NCBI GenBank assembly: GCA_045652205.1
Contig: JAZRTX010000023.1
Span: 8,897-72,896, forward strand
From: Clostridia bacterium
GTDB taxonomy: Bacteria > Bacillota > Clostridia > Christensenellales > QALW01
DNA: 64,000 nucleotides
Direction of reading: 5' to 3'
How positions within the stretch are numbered: position 1 is the stretch's first letter; the number at the start of each line of letters is the position of its first letter. The position numbers and the translations under genes were made by a program. The notes below the pieces were generated by a model. It was not told where the DNA came from and searched no databases. It saw nothing but the letters and a program-made list of their open reading frames with translations. Of the stretch, positions 38,630 to 49,053 are shown piece after piece.

Positions 38630-40015
38630 ATGAAAAAATTACTTTCTATATTACTTGTAATAAGTATGTTTGTTTCAAGTTGTATTCTTTTTACCGGTTG
38701 CGACAAGGTCAAATTAAAAGACATTGAATCAAAGCCATACGAAACAATAACCGTCGCTACACAAAAGACCATGGCGCAGTTTTTTACCGATGATACCAAA
38801 ATCGGCAAAACAATTAAACAAACAATGTATAAAGGCGCCACAACTGTTTCGTTTGAATCAAAATCTCTTTTAGATGAAATCGGTATTAAGAAAATCAGCG
38901 ATACCGTTTATTCCGATGTTCCTAACAAAAAGACAGCACACGATATCCTTGTTAATTACTATGACGAAAATCTTTCTGCACGCTTATTTGTTGATAAAAA
39001 CGGAATTTTAATTAATAGTGAAGATATTCTTAATAACAAAAACACTTACGGTATTTTCCCAGAAACACTTGCAAGTAAGTTTAAAACAAGTGTTTTTGCT
39101 TCAACTCTTTTTGAAGGTCAGAACCTTGACGAAATAGTAGATATCCTTGAAGAATTCCGTGACGTTTATAAAGAAGCCTTTGAAAATAATGAAGAAAATG
39201 AAAAAGCAGAATTCATTAAAATCACAAATTTATTAAAACAGCAAATTTTTGAGGAAGAAATTGATAAGAACGACTACATCGTTATTAAATACGAAATAAG
39301 TAATTCAACGCTTAAGTCCATATATGATGAATATAAAAACGATTTAATTGAAGAAGCTCCCGGATTTAACGATCCTTTTGCTGAACTTGATGAATCTGCT
39401 GAAATTTACCTTTCTGTTAAATCATATCTTAATAAAAAAACTGCTCTTTATGACAAAACAGTTATTAGCGGTTTTATTACTCAGGATAAAACCAACAGTA
39501 TCATTAATGCTTGCATAACTTACGCCGCTGATAAAATGACTTTTGATTTCAGCGTTGTTTCCGGCAAAGATGAAGCATCGCTTAAATCCGTACTTAATAA
39601 AGAAATTACAGATTCAACGGTAAAATACGTTATGGATATGACCGTCAGGGAAAATGACGTTTCAAAAGAAATCAAGCCGTTTACATACACCTATACCAAA
39701 GAAAGCGGTGATTTTACAGTTGACCTTGATTTACGTGATTTAGTTGACGATAAAGAAGCACTGATAACCTTATCCGGTAATTTAAAGAATTCTGCAGAAG
39801 ACGCAGAGATTACAATTAAATCTATAAAGTATGATCTTACCACTATTTTCTTTGATTTAACCTTTAAGTTTGAGCCTAACAAATCAATGCCTGAAACACC
39901 TGCTGAAGCAAAGGATGTTATTGATTTAACCGAGGACGACTTAATGAATATTATGGAAGGTATTCAAAACAGCAAATTAGGTAAAGCAATAGAAAAATCA
40001 TTGGACGAATATTAA
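38630..40015 (+). CDS. hypothetical lipoprotein
   Basis: Signal peptide with lipobox LFTGC. 461 aa, acidic/Lys-rich, no recognisable family. Confidence 0.6.
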   Translation: MKKLLSILLVISMFVSSCILFTGCDKVKLKDIESKPYETITVATQKTMAQFFTDDTKIGKTIKQTMYKGATTVSFESKSLLDEIGIKKISDTVYSDVPNKKTAHDILVNYYDENLSARLFVDKNGILINSEDILNNKNTYGIFPETLASKFKTSVFASTLFEGQNLDEIVDILEEFRDVYKEAFENNEENEKAEFIKITNLLKQQIFEEEIDKNDYIVIKYEISNSTLKSIYDEYKNDLIEEAPGFNDPFAELDESAEIYLSVKSYLNKKTALYDKTVISGFITQDKTNSIINACITYAADKMTFDFSVVSGKDEASLKSVLNKEITDSTVKYVMDMTVRENDVSKEIKPFTYTYTKESGDFTVDLDLRDLVDDKEALITLSGNLKNSAEDAEITIKSIKYDLTTIFFDLTFKFEPNKSMPETPAEAKDVIDLTEDDLMNIMEGIQNSKLGKAIEKSLDEY

Positions 40016-40046
40016 AAAAAGAGCCTTTTAAGGCTCTTTTTTAATT
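40016..40046. terminator. bidirectional terminator between the lipoprotein gene and tspO
   Basis: AGAGCCTT / AAGGCTCT stem flanked by A- and T-tracts. Confidence 0.7.
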
Positions 40047-40502
40047 TAAAAGTATTGTTGAATAATTTAAAATTAAGGCGATTATAAGCCATATTCCTTG
40101 CGGAATAAACAGGTATGCCCCAATTTTTGAATAATCGTAAAGTTTGCGCGCCGTTAAATACGTTACCACAAGATACGCAATAATTATTACTAAGCCGATA
40201 TACATAAGGTGCAAGGTAAAGTAAAACAGGCACCAAGCAATATTTAAAACAGACTGTAATAAAAATAAGCCGTACACTTTTGGCGATGCATTATTTAATT
40301 GCGCTAAGGTTAAGTTTACACCGTATATAATATACAGGATTGCCCACACTACCCCAAACACCCAACCGGGTGGCTGAAAAGAAGGTTGGTTTAAGGAAAG
40401 ATACCATTGGCTATCGGTATCCACAAACAACATGGCAAGCCCTGCGGTTAAAAGCGTTGCCAGTAAAGAAATCATAATACTATCAATTAATTTCTTTTTC
40501 AT
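40041..40502 (-). CDS. tspO: TspO/MBR family tryptophan-rich sensory protein
   Basis: Five-TM ~150-aa protein with a W-rich pattern (WYLSLNQPSFQPPGWVFGVVWAILY). ATG 40502 follows GGGGTGA. Confidence 0.8.
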   Translation of the reverse strand: MKKKLIDSIMISLLATLLTAGLAMLFVDTDSQWYLSLNQPSFQPPGWVFGVVWAILYIIYGVNLTLAQLNNASPKVYGLFLLQSVLNIAWCLFYFTLHLMYIGLVIIIAYLVVTYLTARKLYDYSKIGAYLFIPQGIWLIIALILNYSTILLN

Positions 40503-40555
40503 AAAAAAATCACCCCTACACAAAAGTTTATGCGTGTTTAGGGGTGATTATGTTT

Positions 40556-42646
40556 TTATCTTACGCCAAAGAGCAATTCGCCGATGGATGGGTATGGCCA
40601 AACGTCAGAAGAAACGATTGTTTCAAGCTCGTCAACGTCATCACGAAGCTTTTTCATTAAAGGCAGGATAACGTCCTTACAATGATAGGCGCGTTCTTTA
40701 TTGTTTTTAATGGCTTTCATACCTTCAACTGCAACCCAAAGTTCTTCTAAAAGAACGTTGGCGCTGTTTAAAAGCACGGAAATACGGTTAACGTTTTCTT
40801 CTTCATAGGTGCAATCAATCTTTTTAGAAAGTGTCTTTTTACTGATTGCAGTATCGGCAAGCACCTTTGAGTATGCGCTTACACAAGGCAAGATGTCCTT
40901 ACGAACCATATTTACCATTGTACGCGCTTCAATGTTAATAAGCTTGTTGTAGTTATCAAGCATAATCTCAAAGCGAGATTCCATTTCTTCAGCACTGAAT
41001 ACCTTATGAAGCGTAAAAAGTTCAACGTTCTCTTTATCAAGATAATGGCTGATAGCTTCAGGGGTAGTACTGTAATTCTTTAATCCCCTGTTCTCAGCTT
41101 CCTTAACCCACTTATCATCGTAGCCGTTACCGTTAAAGATAATCGCTTTATGCTTCTTTATGGTTTCGCGGATTAAAAGGTTAAGCTCGCTTTCAAAATC
41201 AGTTGCGTTTTCAAGCCTGTCGGCAAACTGCCTTAAACTTTCGGCAACCGCAGTATTGATTACGATGTTTGAATCTGAAACTGACGCTGAAGCGCCAAGC
41301 ATACGGAACTCAAACTTATTACCTGTAAAAGCAAAGGGGCTTGTACGGTTACGATCAGTTGTATCCTTGGGGAATCTTGGAAGGGTATGAACGCCAACTT
41401 TAAGATTTTCCTTTTCCTTGGTTACGTAGTTTGTATCCTGCTCAATAGCATCTAAGATTGCAGTTAATTCATCACCTAAGAACATTGAAACGATTGCAGG
41501 CGGTGCTTCGGAAGCGCCAAGACGGTGGTCATTACCTGCGCTTGCAATAGAAATACGAAGTAAGCCCTGATATTCGTGCACTGCTTTAATAACTGCGCAA
41601 AGGAACAACAGGAACTGTGCGTTTTCGTGGGGTGTTTCACCGGGATTTAAAAGGTTTACGCCTGTATCGGTGGTAATTGACCAGTTGTTATGCTTACCGC
41701 TGCCAGAAACCCCTTCAAATGGCTTCTCGTGTAAAAGACATTCTAAATCGTGCTCGCGGGCAATCTTCTGCATCATTTCCATTGTAAGCTGATTGTGGTC
41801 AACTGCAATATTGGCGGTGGTGAAGATTGGTGCAAGCTCGTGCTGTGCAGGAGCGGCTTCGTTATGCTCGGTTTTAGCATAAACGCCAAGCTTCCATAAT
41901 TCTTTATCTAAATCCTTCATAAAGGCGTGAACGCGGGGCTTAATAGAACCAAAATAATGGTCGTCAAGCTCCTGACCCTTTGACGGCATAGCGCCAAACA
42001 GTGTTCTGCCTGTATAGATAAGGTCCTTACGCTTATCAAAAAGTTCTTTTGGAATTAAGAAGTATTCCTGTTCAGGACCAACAGTTGTTTTAATACTTGC
42101 AACGTCTGAACCAAACAGTTTTAAAACGCGCATTGCCTGACGGTTAATGGCTTCCATTGACCTTAAAAGAGGCGTCTTTTTATCTAAAGCCTGTCCGCCA
42201 AAGGAACAGAATGCTGTGGGGATACACAAAACCCCATCTTTAATAAAGGCATAGCTTGTGGGATCCCAAGCAGTATAGCCCCTTGCTTCAAAGGTAGCGC
42301 GTAAGCCACCGTTGGGGAAGCTTGATGCATCGGATTCACCCTTAATAAGCTCCTTACCTGAAAAATCCATAATTACTTTACCTTCACCTGCGGGTGAAAT
42401 AAAGCTATCGTGCTTTTCGGCGGTAATACCCGTCATAGGCTGGAACCAATGGGTATAGTGGGTTGCGCCCTTTTCAATAGCCCATTCTTTCATAGCCGTT
42501 GCGATTTCATTTGCAATGCTGATGTCTAAACGGTGGCCGTGCTTAGTTGTCCATTGAAGCGCATCATAAACTTCCTTTGAAAGCATTTTGCGCATTACGT
42601 CATCATTAAACACGTTTGATGCAAAAATTTCGGTTACCTTTTCCAT
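40556..42646 (-). CDS. glnN: glutamine synthetase type III
   Basis: ~700 aa, N-terminal [25 protein letters not shown] catalytic blocks ([20 protein letters not shown]). Confidence 0.85.
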   Translation of the reverse strand: MEKVTEIFASNVFNDDVMRKMLSKEVYDALQWTTKHGHRLDISIANEIATAMKEWAIEKGATHYTHWFQPMTGITAEKHDSFISPAGEGKVIMDFSGKELIKGESDASSFPNGGLRATFEARGYTAWDPTSYAFIKDGVLCIPTAFCSFGGQALDKKTPLLRSMEAINRQAMRVLKLFGSDVASIKTTVGPEQEYFLIPKELFDKRKDLIYTGRTLFGAMPSKGQELDDHYFGSIKPRVHAFMKDLDKELWKLGVYAKTEHNEAAPAQHELAPIFTTANIAVDHNQLTMEMMQKIAREHDLECLLHEKPFEGVSGSGKHNNWSITTDTGVNLLNPGETPHENAQFLLFLCAVIKAVHEYQGLLRISIASAGNDHRLGASEAPPAIVSMFLGDELTAILDAIEQDTNYVTKEKENLKVGVHTLPRFPKDTTDRNRTSPFAFTGNKFEFRMLGASASVSDSNIVINTAVAESLRQFADRLENATDFESELNLLIRETIKKHKAIIFNGNGYDDKWVKEAENRGLKNYSTTPEAISHYLDKENVELFTLHKVFSAEEMESRFEIMLDNYNKLINIEARTMVNMVRKDILPCVSAYSKVLADTAISKKTLSKKIDCTYEEENVNRISVLLNSANVLLEELWVAVEGMKAIKNNKERAYHCKDVILPLMKKLRDDVDELETIVSSDVWPYPSIGELLFGVR

Positions 42647-42735
42647 AAAGCACTCTCCTGTAAAAATTAAAAAGAAAAAAATCTTCTACATAAATTATAC
42701 AATCTATATGCATATTTTGTCAATCAATAAAACAA

Positions 42736-42766
42736 AAAGCCGTTTTAATAAAACGGCTTTTTTATT
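42736..42766 (-). terminator. intrinsic terminator after the AcnX operon
   Basis: AAGCCGTTTTA / TAAAACGGCTT stem with a T-tract on the minus strand. Confidence 0.7.
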
Positions 42767-42776
42767 ATGTTTTTAA

Positions 42777-43226
42777 TTATTCAACGGTTACTGTGCCGTC
42801 TTCTTCAATAGAAACGGTCATTCCCGTTTTAACGTATTCAAGGAATTCTTCGCCCAAAGAATCAATTACAGGCATATTTGAGCCTTCATCTTCAAGCCAA
42901 ACGTCTGCTAAAATTGCACCTGCACCTGCCAAAGAATCAATGGGAAGTGAAAAGAGCAAGCAAGCAGGCTGACGCTTCATTGAACAAGCACAGTATAAAA
43001 CAAGACCGCCTGTGGTTGAGCCAATAGTTTGCGGTAAGCAAAGCGCTTTTCCTGCCATTTTGTGACCGAATAAATCAGGGTTGTTCTGATCACCGCAGGT
43101 TGCATCTTTATCACCGAACTGCAACGCTTTTTGGAAGGAAGCAAGTGTGTTAAGACCAAAGTGAGAAACAAGAGCTTCTGCTTTTAATTTACCTGGGGTT
43201 ACAACCCTACCTTTAAACTGTTTCAT
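42777..43226 (-). CDS. aconitase X swivel-domain subunit (DUF126)
   Basis: ~150 aa, GRVVTPGKLKAEALV start, GKALCLPQTIGSTTGG motif. The start overlaps the large-subunit stop by 1 nt. Confidence 0.75.
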   Translation of the reverse strand: MKQFKGRVVTPGKLKAEALVSHFGLNTLASFQKALQFGDKDATCGDQNNPDLFGHKMAGKALCLPQTIGSTTGGLVLYCACSMKRQPACLLFSLPIDSLAGAGAILADVWLEDEGSNMPVIDSLGEEFLEYVKTGMTVSIEEDGTVTVE

Positions 43227-44503
43227 TACTTTTTGCCTCCTTTGGTTATCTGAACAAGAATTTCTTCATCAGTATAATATCTTGCAGTGGTATAAGTGCG
43301 CAACTTGTTACTTGAAGTAATTACAGGCATCTTACCGCTTAATGGGTTGTTCATATACATAAGCGGGCAGATATACGAGGTAATTACGCCTGTTTCCTTT
43401 AATCTTTTTGCGTAATCGGTTTTTTCAAACTCTTTTAAAACCTGAGGTGATGCAGTAAACACCGTTGGAACGATAACCTTTTTATTTCCGCTTTCCTTTA
43501 AAGCGTTTTCTACGTTATCTGTCCAGGTTTTTAACTGCTCTAAGCTCATGTGTGGGCAACCGATAAAGCAAAGTTTTGGTTTTGCATCGGCATTCTTCCA
43601 CATCATTGGGTAGTTATCTTTTACCCTTTTTAATTCTTCATCATCAATAACGTAAACCTGTGCTTTTTTATTGATTAAGCTTTCGCCCAACTCTTTGGCT
43701 TCGGGGGTAAGGTTTTCAATATGATAAAGACCTACTGCGCCGTTTGAAGCAGTTGCGGCACCAAAATCCTTTAAGTATGTTCTTGTTGCATCATCAAGCT
43801 CTGTTCCAAGCCATTTATCAAGCCCTTTAATGTATGGAACGGCTTCCATAACCTTCATACCGATTGCAGAGCCTAAAAGCTGTGCTTCGGGCTTTTTTGT
43901 GGTTTTGATTTCAATAATCCAGCTTGCTTTTCTGCCTTTATCGGTTAAAAGACCAAAGTATGGAACATAACCTAAAATTGAGCCCATAATATCCATAATA
44001 CCTGAATTACGGTTACATCTTGCACCGAGAACAGAGTTTGCATAAACTACTGCAGAAGATTCTGCCCAGGAAAGCACTTCGCCCTTTTGTGGTTTGTTGC
44101 CAACCTCATCCATATAACAAGTGCAGGTAAAGGCATCCTTATCCATTAAGCCAAGTTTTTGAAGCTGACCTTCATAAAAATCCTGACGTGAATACATAAA
44201 GTTATTAAATATAAAATTCTGTAAAAAGGAAGCAGGTACGTTTTTATCAAGCGGTCTTGGATCGCAGGAAAACTGTTGTTTGGAAACTGCGCCTTCTTCA
44301 ATCAATTTATCCATTAAATCATAAACAGGACCTAATGCTTTAAGACCAAAAGACGTTACAAGGTGATTATATTTGCTTGTAACAGGCACAAGCTTTGTTG
44401 CACCGAAAAGTTCACCGTAACGAACAAGGGTTTCCATTACTTTTTGTAAGGTTTTACCCTTTTCGCCATCTAAAATTTGTTGTTGCGCTTTTGTTAATTT
44501 CAT
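43226..44503 (-). CDS. aconitase X catalytic-domain subunit (DUF521)
   Basis: MKLTKAQQQILDGEKGKTLQKVMETLVRYGELFGA start typical of DUF521, 425 aa. Confidence 0.75.
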   Translation of the reverse strand: MKLTKAQQQILDGEKGKTLQKVMETLVRYGELFGATKLVPVTSKYNHLVTSFGLKALGPVYDLMDKLIEEGAVSKQQFSCDPRPLDKNVPASFLQNFIFNNFMYSRQDFYEGQLQKLGLMDKDAFTCTCYMDEVGNKPQKGEVLSWAESSAVVYANSVLGARCNRNSGIMDIMGSILGYVPYFGLLTDKGRKASWIIEIKTTKKPEAQLLGSAIGMKVMEAVPYIKGLDKWLGTELDDATRTYLKDFGAATASNGAVGLYHIENLTPEAKELGESLINKKAQVYVIDDEELKRVKDNYPMMWKNADAKPKLCFIGCPHMSLEQLKTWTDNVENALKESGNKKVIVPTVFTASPQVLKEFEKTDYAKRLKETGVITSYICPLMYMNNPLSGKMPVITSSNKLRTYTTARYYTDEEILVQITKGGKK

Positions 44504-44520
44504 TTTGTGTTACCCCCTTA

Positions 44521-46581
44521 TTAAAGCTTCATAGCAACGTCCCAAGCCTGCCAGATAACAGTGCGAAGACTGCCAACCTTTGAAGCATCGCCAATAATAT
44601 GTACGTTGCCTTTCTTTTTGGAAATGGGCGCAGGCTTATAGCCAACTGAAAGGATAACGTCATCCTTTTGGATTTCCTTAACCGTGCCGTCTTTTAAAAG
44701 AATTTCTACGGTGTTTTCGTTAATCTTCTGTACCTTGCTTTCAAGATAAACGGGAACTTTATTAGCATTAAAGAAATCACGTAAGAAGCTTGTGTTTGCA
44801 AGGCAGATTTTATCGGACACAATTAAATCATTTTTCATTTCAACGATAACAGGCTTTTTGCCCTGAAGGTATAAATCATAAGCGATTTCGCAACCTGTAA
44901 GACCGCCGCCTACAACAACAACGTTTTCCCCTACCGTTTTATTTTGAAGAAGGTAATCAATGGCTTCTACCCCTGTTTCAACACCTGGAATATTAGGAAT
45001 AATTGGTTTTGCGCCTGTTGCGATAATAACTTCGTCAGCACCTAAGGCGCTTGCATCAGTTACCTCTGAATTAAGTTTAACCTGAATAGGATATTTAGTA
45101 ATTTCACGCCTGTACCAAGCGATTAACTCTTTATCCTTTTCTTTAAAGGAAGGTGCTGCGGCTGCAATAAACACACCGCCTAATTTATCTGATTTTTCAT
45201 AAATTGTTACGTTGTGACCACGTTTTGCGCAAACGATAGCTGCTTCCATACCGCCGATACCGCCACCGATAATTGCAATATTCTTTTTCTTTTTAGCGGG
45301 AACAATCTTATATTTATCTGACTGCATTACCTGTGGGTCAAGGGCGCAACGGCCAATATGGCTTGCATCGTAAATGCTTTGTGCATTGGCAACACCTTTA
45401 TAGTGCGCCATATTAAAGCAAGCGTTATGACAACAGATACAGGGGCGGATATCTTCTAACCTATCTTCAATTAACTTTGTTACCCAGGAAGCATCTGCAA
45501 GGAACTGCCTTGCAATACCAACACCGTCAATAAGACCTTCCTGAACCGCTTTTGCACCAACATCGGCTTCCATTCTGCCTGCGCAAACAACGGGAATATC
45601 AACGTATTTTTTAATGTGTGCAACGTCATCTAAATTACAGTTCAGGGGCATATACATTGGTGGATGAGCCCAATACCAAGAATCGTAGGTTCCGTTATCG
45701 CAGTTAAGCATATCGTAGCCTGCATTCTGAAGATATTTTGCCGCCTTTTCGCTTTCTTCCATATCGCGACCGATTTCGGTAAATTCTTCACCGGGAACTG
45801 CACCTACGCACAAATCCTTAACGTAGGAACGAACTGAATAGCGCAAAGATACAGGATAATCCTTACCGCAGGCATCCTTAATAGCCTTAACGATATCTGT
45901 TGCAAAGCGGTAACGGTTTTCAAAACTGCCACCGTAGTTATCCGTTCTTTTATTTGTATAATTAAGTGTAAACTGATCTAAAAGATAGCCTTCGTGAACG
46001 GCGTGAACCTCAACACCGTCAACCCCTGCTTCCTGCAAGAGTTTTGCAGTTTTTGCAAAGGCATCAACGATTTCTTCAATTTCTTTAACGGTTATTGCAC
46101 GTGTAGTTACTTTATCAGACCATCTTGAAGGTAATTCACTTGGGCTTGCTGACTGATAAGGAACGTTTATAATAGGCTTAATAATATCGCGGACAATAGG
46201 GGTATTATGTATCATAACTAATGGTGTGGGAATTGCCCAGCTTCTGCCCATACCTGCTGTAATCTGAACAAAAAGTTTGGCGCCTGTTTTATGGATTTCA
46301 TCCATAAATTCCTTTAAATCCTTGAACATTTTTTTGTTCTGATAAAGCCATTGATTCATAAAGGTACTTTTAATCGGTGCAATACCGGGAATAATCAGAC
46401 CAACGTTATTTTGTGCCTTTTCTAAAAAGAACTTTGCCGCTTCTTTATCAAAGTGGTTACCTGTGTGTTCCATCCAACCAAACAGGCTTGTGCCACCCAT
46501 TGGGCAAAGAACTATTCTGTTTTTGATTTCTACGTTGCCTATCTTCCAAGGGGTAAACAACGCTTCGTATTTTTGATCCAT
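44521..46581 (-). CDS. enoate-reductase / 2,4-dienoyl-CoA-reductase-like flavoprotein (OYE FMN barrel + 4Fe-4S motif + FAD/NAD(P) domain)
   Basis: N-terminal OYE pattern (FTPWKIGNVEIKNRIVLCPMG), CICCHNAC cluster motif, IAIIGGGIGGMEAA and VVVVGGGLTGCE dinucleotide folds, 686 aa. Confidence 0.8.
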   Translation of the reverse strand: MDQKYEALFTPWKIGNVEIKNRIVLCPMGGTSLFGWMEHTGNHFDKEAAKFFLEKAQNNVGLIIPGIAPIKSTFMNQWLYQNKKMFKDLKEFMDEIHKTGAKLFVQITAGMGRSWAIPTPLVMIHNTPIVRDIIKPIINVPYQSASPSELPSRWSDKVTTRAITVKEIEEIVDAFAKTAKLLQEAGVDGVEVHAVHEGYLLDQFTLNYTNKRTDNYGGSFENRYRFATDIVKAIKDACGKDYPVSLRYSVRSYVKDLCVGAVPGEEFTEIGRDMEESEKAAKYLQNAGYDMLNCDNGTYDSWYWAHPPMYMPLNCNLDDVAHIKKYVDIPVVCAGRMEADVGAKAVQEGLIDGVGIARQFLADASWVTKLIEDRLEDIRPCICCHNACFNMAHYKGVANAQSIYDASHIGRCALDPQVMQSDKYKIVPAKKKKNIAIIGGGIGGMEAAIVCAKRGHNVTIYEKSDKLGGVFIAAAAPSFKEKDKELIAWYRREITKYPIQVKLNSEVTDASALGADEVIIATGAKPIIPNIPGVETGVEAIDYLLQNKTVGENVVVVGGGLTGCEIAYDLYLQGKKPVIVEMKNDLIVSDKICLANTSFLRDFFNANKVPVYLESKVQKINENTVEILLKDGTVKEIQKDDVILSVGYKPAPISKKKGNVHIIGDASKVGSLRTVIWQAWDVAMKL

Positions 46582-46654
46582 TTTTACACTTCCTTTTAAT
46601 AATTATATTATGTTTATTATACAAAATTATATATAGTATTGTCAATATTTGCAA

Positions 46655-46692
46655 AGAAAAAAGACCTCTGTTTTTAACAGAAGTCTTTTAAT
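46655..46692 (-). terminator. intrinsic terminator after the 46704 lipoprotein gene
   Basis: AGACCTCTGTT / AACAGAAGTCT imperfect stem with an A/T-tract. Confidence 0.55.
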
Positions 46693-46703
46693 TTTATTTG
46701 TAA

Positions 46704-47363
46704 TTATGCTGTAGGTTCTTCAGGAGTAATGAGGTTGAAGCTATCAAAGCTGTAACCATCCTGTTTGTTAATTACGTCAAACTTAAGTTCATCAACAACG
46801 ATTGTTTTTGTCTTCTGGTTGCCCATGTGATCCATCTGTTCATCAACGAACTTAAGAGTCATACCGGTTGAACCAAAGGATTCATCAACGTAAAAATGAT
46901 ATTTGAAAAGACCATTTTTGAAGAAATAATGTGTGCAATCAACACCAGCAACGTTTTCGGTACCCTGATTTTCAAGCTGATCCTTTGAATAGAGCAAGTG
47001 TCTTGAGAAAAGGCTTGCATCAAGATTTGTACTAGTAACTGTGAAGCATGACTGACCTGTTGCAGAAATGGTATAAGTCTGACCGCCATCAACACTTGTT
47101 AAGATAATGCCTGAATAACTAACTTCAACGTAAGTTGTTGACTTGGTTGTGCCATCAGCATCGGGTTCTGTAACTGTGTATTTTACAAAGTAGTTGTTAA
47201 GCTGTGTTGCATCAACATCACAAATAAGTAATGCAGGTGTGGGCTTTGGTGTAGGATCGCCAGTAGGACCATCTGTGTTCTGTGGTTTTTCATTACAAGC
47301 TACCATTGAAAATACCATTATTACTGCAAGTGCAAGTAAAACGATTTTCTTTAAAGTTTTCAT
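46704..47363 (-). CDS. hypothetical lipoprotein
   Basis: Lipobox MVAC, Pro/Thr linker, 219 aa. SD AGGAGGA. Own promoter TTGACA, 17 nt, TATAAT upstream. Confidence 0.6.
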   Translation of the reverse strand: MKTLKKIVLLALAVIMVFSMVACNEKPQNTDGPTGDPTPKPTPALLICDVDATQLNNYFVKYTVTEPDADGTTKSTTYVEVSYSGIILTSVDGGQTYTISATGQSCFTVTSTNLDASLFSRHLLYSKDQLENQGTENVAGVDCTHYFFKNGLFKYHFYVDESFGSTGMTLKFVDEQMDHMGNQKTKTIVVDELKFDVINKQDGYSFDSFNLITPEEPTA

Positions 47364-47481
47364 TACTAAATCCTCCTAAATTATGTAAAGTTAATTTACT
47401 TCTCTTAAATTATATAGGCTTTTTTTTACTTTGTCAACAATTCTTTTAATTGTACACAAAAATTTAAAATTTAATTAGAAT

Positions 47482-48219
47482 TTAAAATTCTCTGATAGTT
47501 ACTTCGCCTGTAAAAAGAAGCTCTTGTTTACCATTATTATCAACTATAAGGTTGCAGTTTTCATCTATACCTATAACCTTACCGCTGTATTCTGCCCCAT
47601 CTTTAATATATTTTACAGTTTTTCCTGTTAAAAGCGAATTATTACGGTAATCATCTAAAAATCCGCCGTTGGAATACATATCAAAAAACTGCTTAATAAT
47701 TTCGCCTACAAATTCGTTTGCAAAAGAAATTTTTTCTTCAAATAGATACCCTGCAATATTTTTAATTTCTTCGTTGAAATCATTTTGCGGTTTAACAAGG
47801 TTTACACCTATCCCCACAACAAGATATTCAATATCTTTGCCCGAAAAAACTGCTTCGGTTAATATGCCCGAAACCTTTAATCCGTTTACAAAAATATCGT
47901 TTACCCATTTAATTTGAGGCGAAAATTCAGTATATTTTTTTATTGCCCTGAAAACTGCAACTGCGGCAATAGGCGTAACTTTTGAAATATCTTTGCCTTG
48001 GGGTTTTAACAAAAAGCTCATATACAGTCCGTTTTTTTCGGAAAAGAACGTTCTTGAAAGCCTGCCCCTGCCTTTCGTCTGGCTTTTTGCAATTACAAGG
48101 GCGCCCTGCTCTTTATTAAATGCGCAATTTTTTAAAAAGGTGTTGGTGGAATCAACTTCCTCCAACACCAAAACATCTGTTAAATTGGTTATTTTTTTTA
48201 TTTTTTCAGCATTAAACAT
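47482..48219 (-). CDS. birA: biotin--[acetyl-CoA-carboxylase] ligase, no N-terminal HTH
   Basis: GRGRLSRTF biotin-binding loop and KWVNDI motif. ATG 48219 lies 1 nt after the mrp stop. Confidence 0.8.
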   Translation of the reverse strand: MFNAEKIKKITNLTDVLVLEEVDSTNTFLKNCAFNKEQGALVIAKSQTKGRGRLSRTFFSEKNGLYMSFLLKPQGKDISKVTPIAAVAVFRAIKKYTEFSPQIKWVNDIFVNGLKVSGILTEAVFSGKDIEYLVVGIGVNLVKPQNDFNEEIKNIAGYLFEEKISFANEFVGEIIKQFFDMYSNGGFLDDYRNNSLLTGKTVKYIKDGAEYSGKVIGIDENCNLIVDNNGKQELLFTGEVTIREF

Positions 48220-48220
48220 A

Positions 48221-49039
48221 CTAAATTTCCTGAATAACGTCAGCAATCATTTTTAAATCTGATGAATCAATTTCTTCAACCAAGCCATTATCAACCTTAC
48301 GGGCATTTTCAGGCTTAATGGGAAGTGTTGCAAAAGATTTAATATCAAAGTTCTTTGCAATATCTTCAGCCTTGGTTTCACCAAAAATATAATGTTTTTT
48401 ATCACACTGATCACAAACGAAATATGCCATATTTTCAACGATGCCAAGCACTTTAACATCCATCATTTTTGCCATATTAACTGCTTTTTCAACGATCATT
48501 GAAACAAGGTCCTGGGGGCTTGTTACAATAACGATGCCATCAAGCGGTAAGGATTGAAATACGGTTAATGGAACGTCACCTGTTCCGGGGGGCATATCAA
48601 CAAACATATAATCTACGTTATCCCAGATAACGTCAGTCCAGAACTGTTTAACTGCACCTGCAATAACGGGGCCGCGCCAAACAACAGGGTCGGTTTCGTT
48701 TTGGAGCATAAGGTTTACTGACATAATATCAATACCCGTATCGCTTTTTGCAGGAATAATGCCATCTTCTGTGCCTGTTGCTTTTTCGTGAATACCAAAT
48801 GCTTTTGGAATAGATGGACCTGTAATATCAGCATCTAAAATTGCGCTGTGAAAACCGCGCTTATTCATTTCGCAAGCTAAAAGCGAGGTTACAAATGATT
48901 TACCTACACCGCCCTTGCCTGAAACAACGCCGATTACTTTTTTAATGTTACTTAATTTGTGTGCTTCTTCAATAAAGCTTTCTTTACTTTTACTTGAACA
49001 GTTTGATGAACAAGTGGAACAGTTATGTGTGCATCCCAT
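48221..49039 (-). CDS. Mrp/NBP35 family iron-sulfur cluster carrier ATPase
   Basis: Deviant Walker A GKGGVGKS, CxxC (CDQC), Cys-rich N-terminus. Confidence 0.85.
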   Translation of the reverse strand: MGCTHNCSTCSSNCSSKSKESFIEEAHKLSNIKKVIGVVSGKGGVGKSFVTSLLACEMNKRGFHSAILDADITGPSIPKAFGIHEKATGTEDGIIPAKSDTGIDIMSVNLMLQNETDPVVWRGPVIAGAVKQFWTDVIWDNVDYMFVDMPPGTGDVPLTVFQSLPLDGIVIVTSPQDLVSMIVEKAVNMAKMMDVKVLGIVENMAYFVCDQCDKKHYIFGETKAEDIAKNFDIKSFATLPIKPENARKVDNGLVEEIDSSDLKMIADVIQEI

Positions 49040-49053
49040 AGTTTTTTCACCTT

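Noticed and set aside
42647-42776. GlnR/TnrA box or glutamine riboswitch upstream of glnN
   Set aside because: Only a plain promoter (TTGACA, 18 nt, TG-TATAAT) and a short leader are present. There is no TGTNA-N7-TNACA element or structured RNA.
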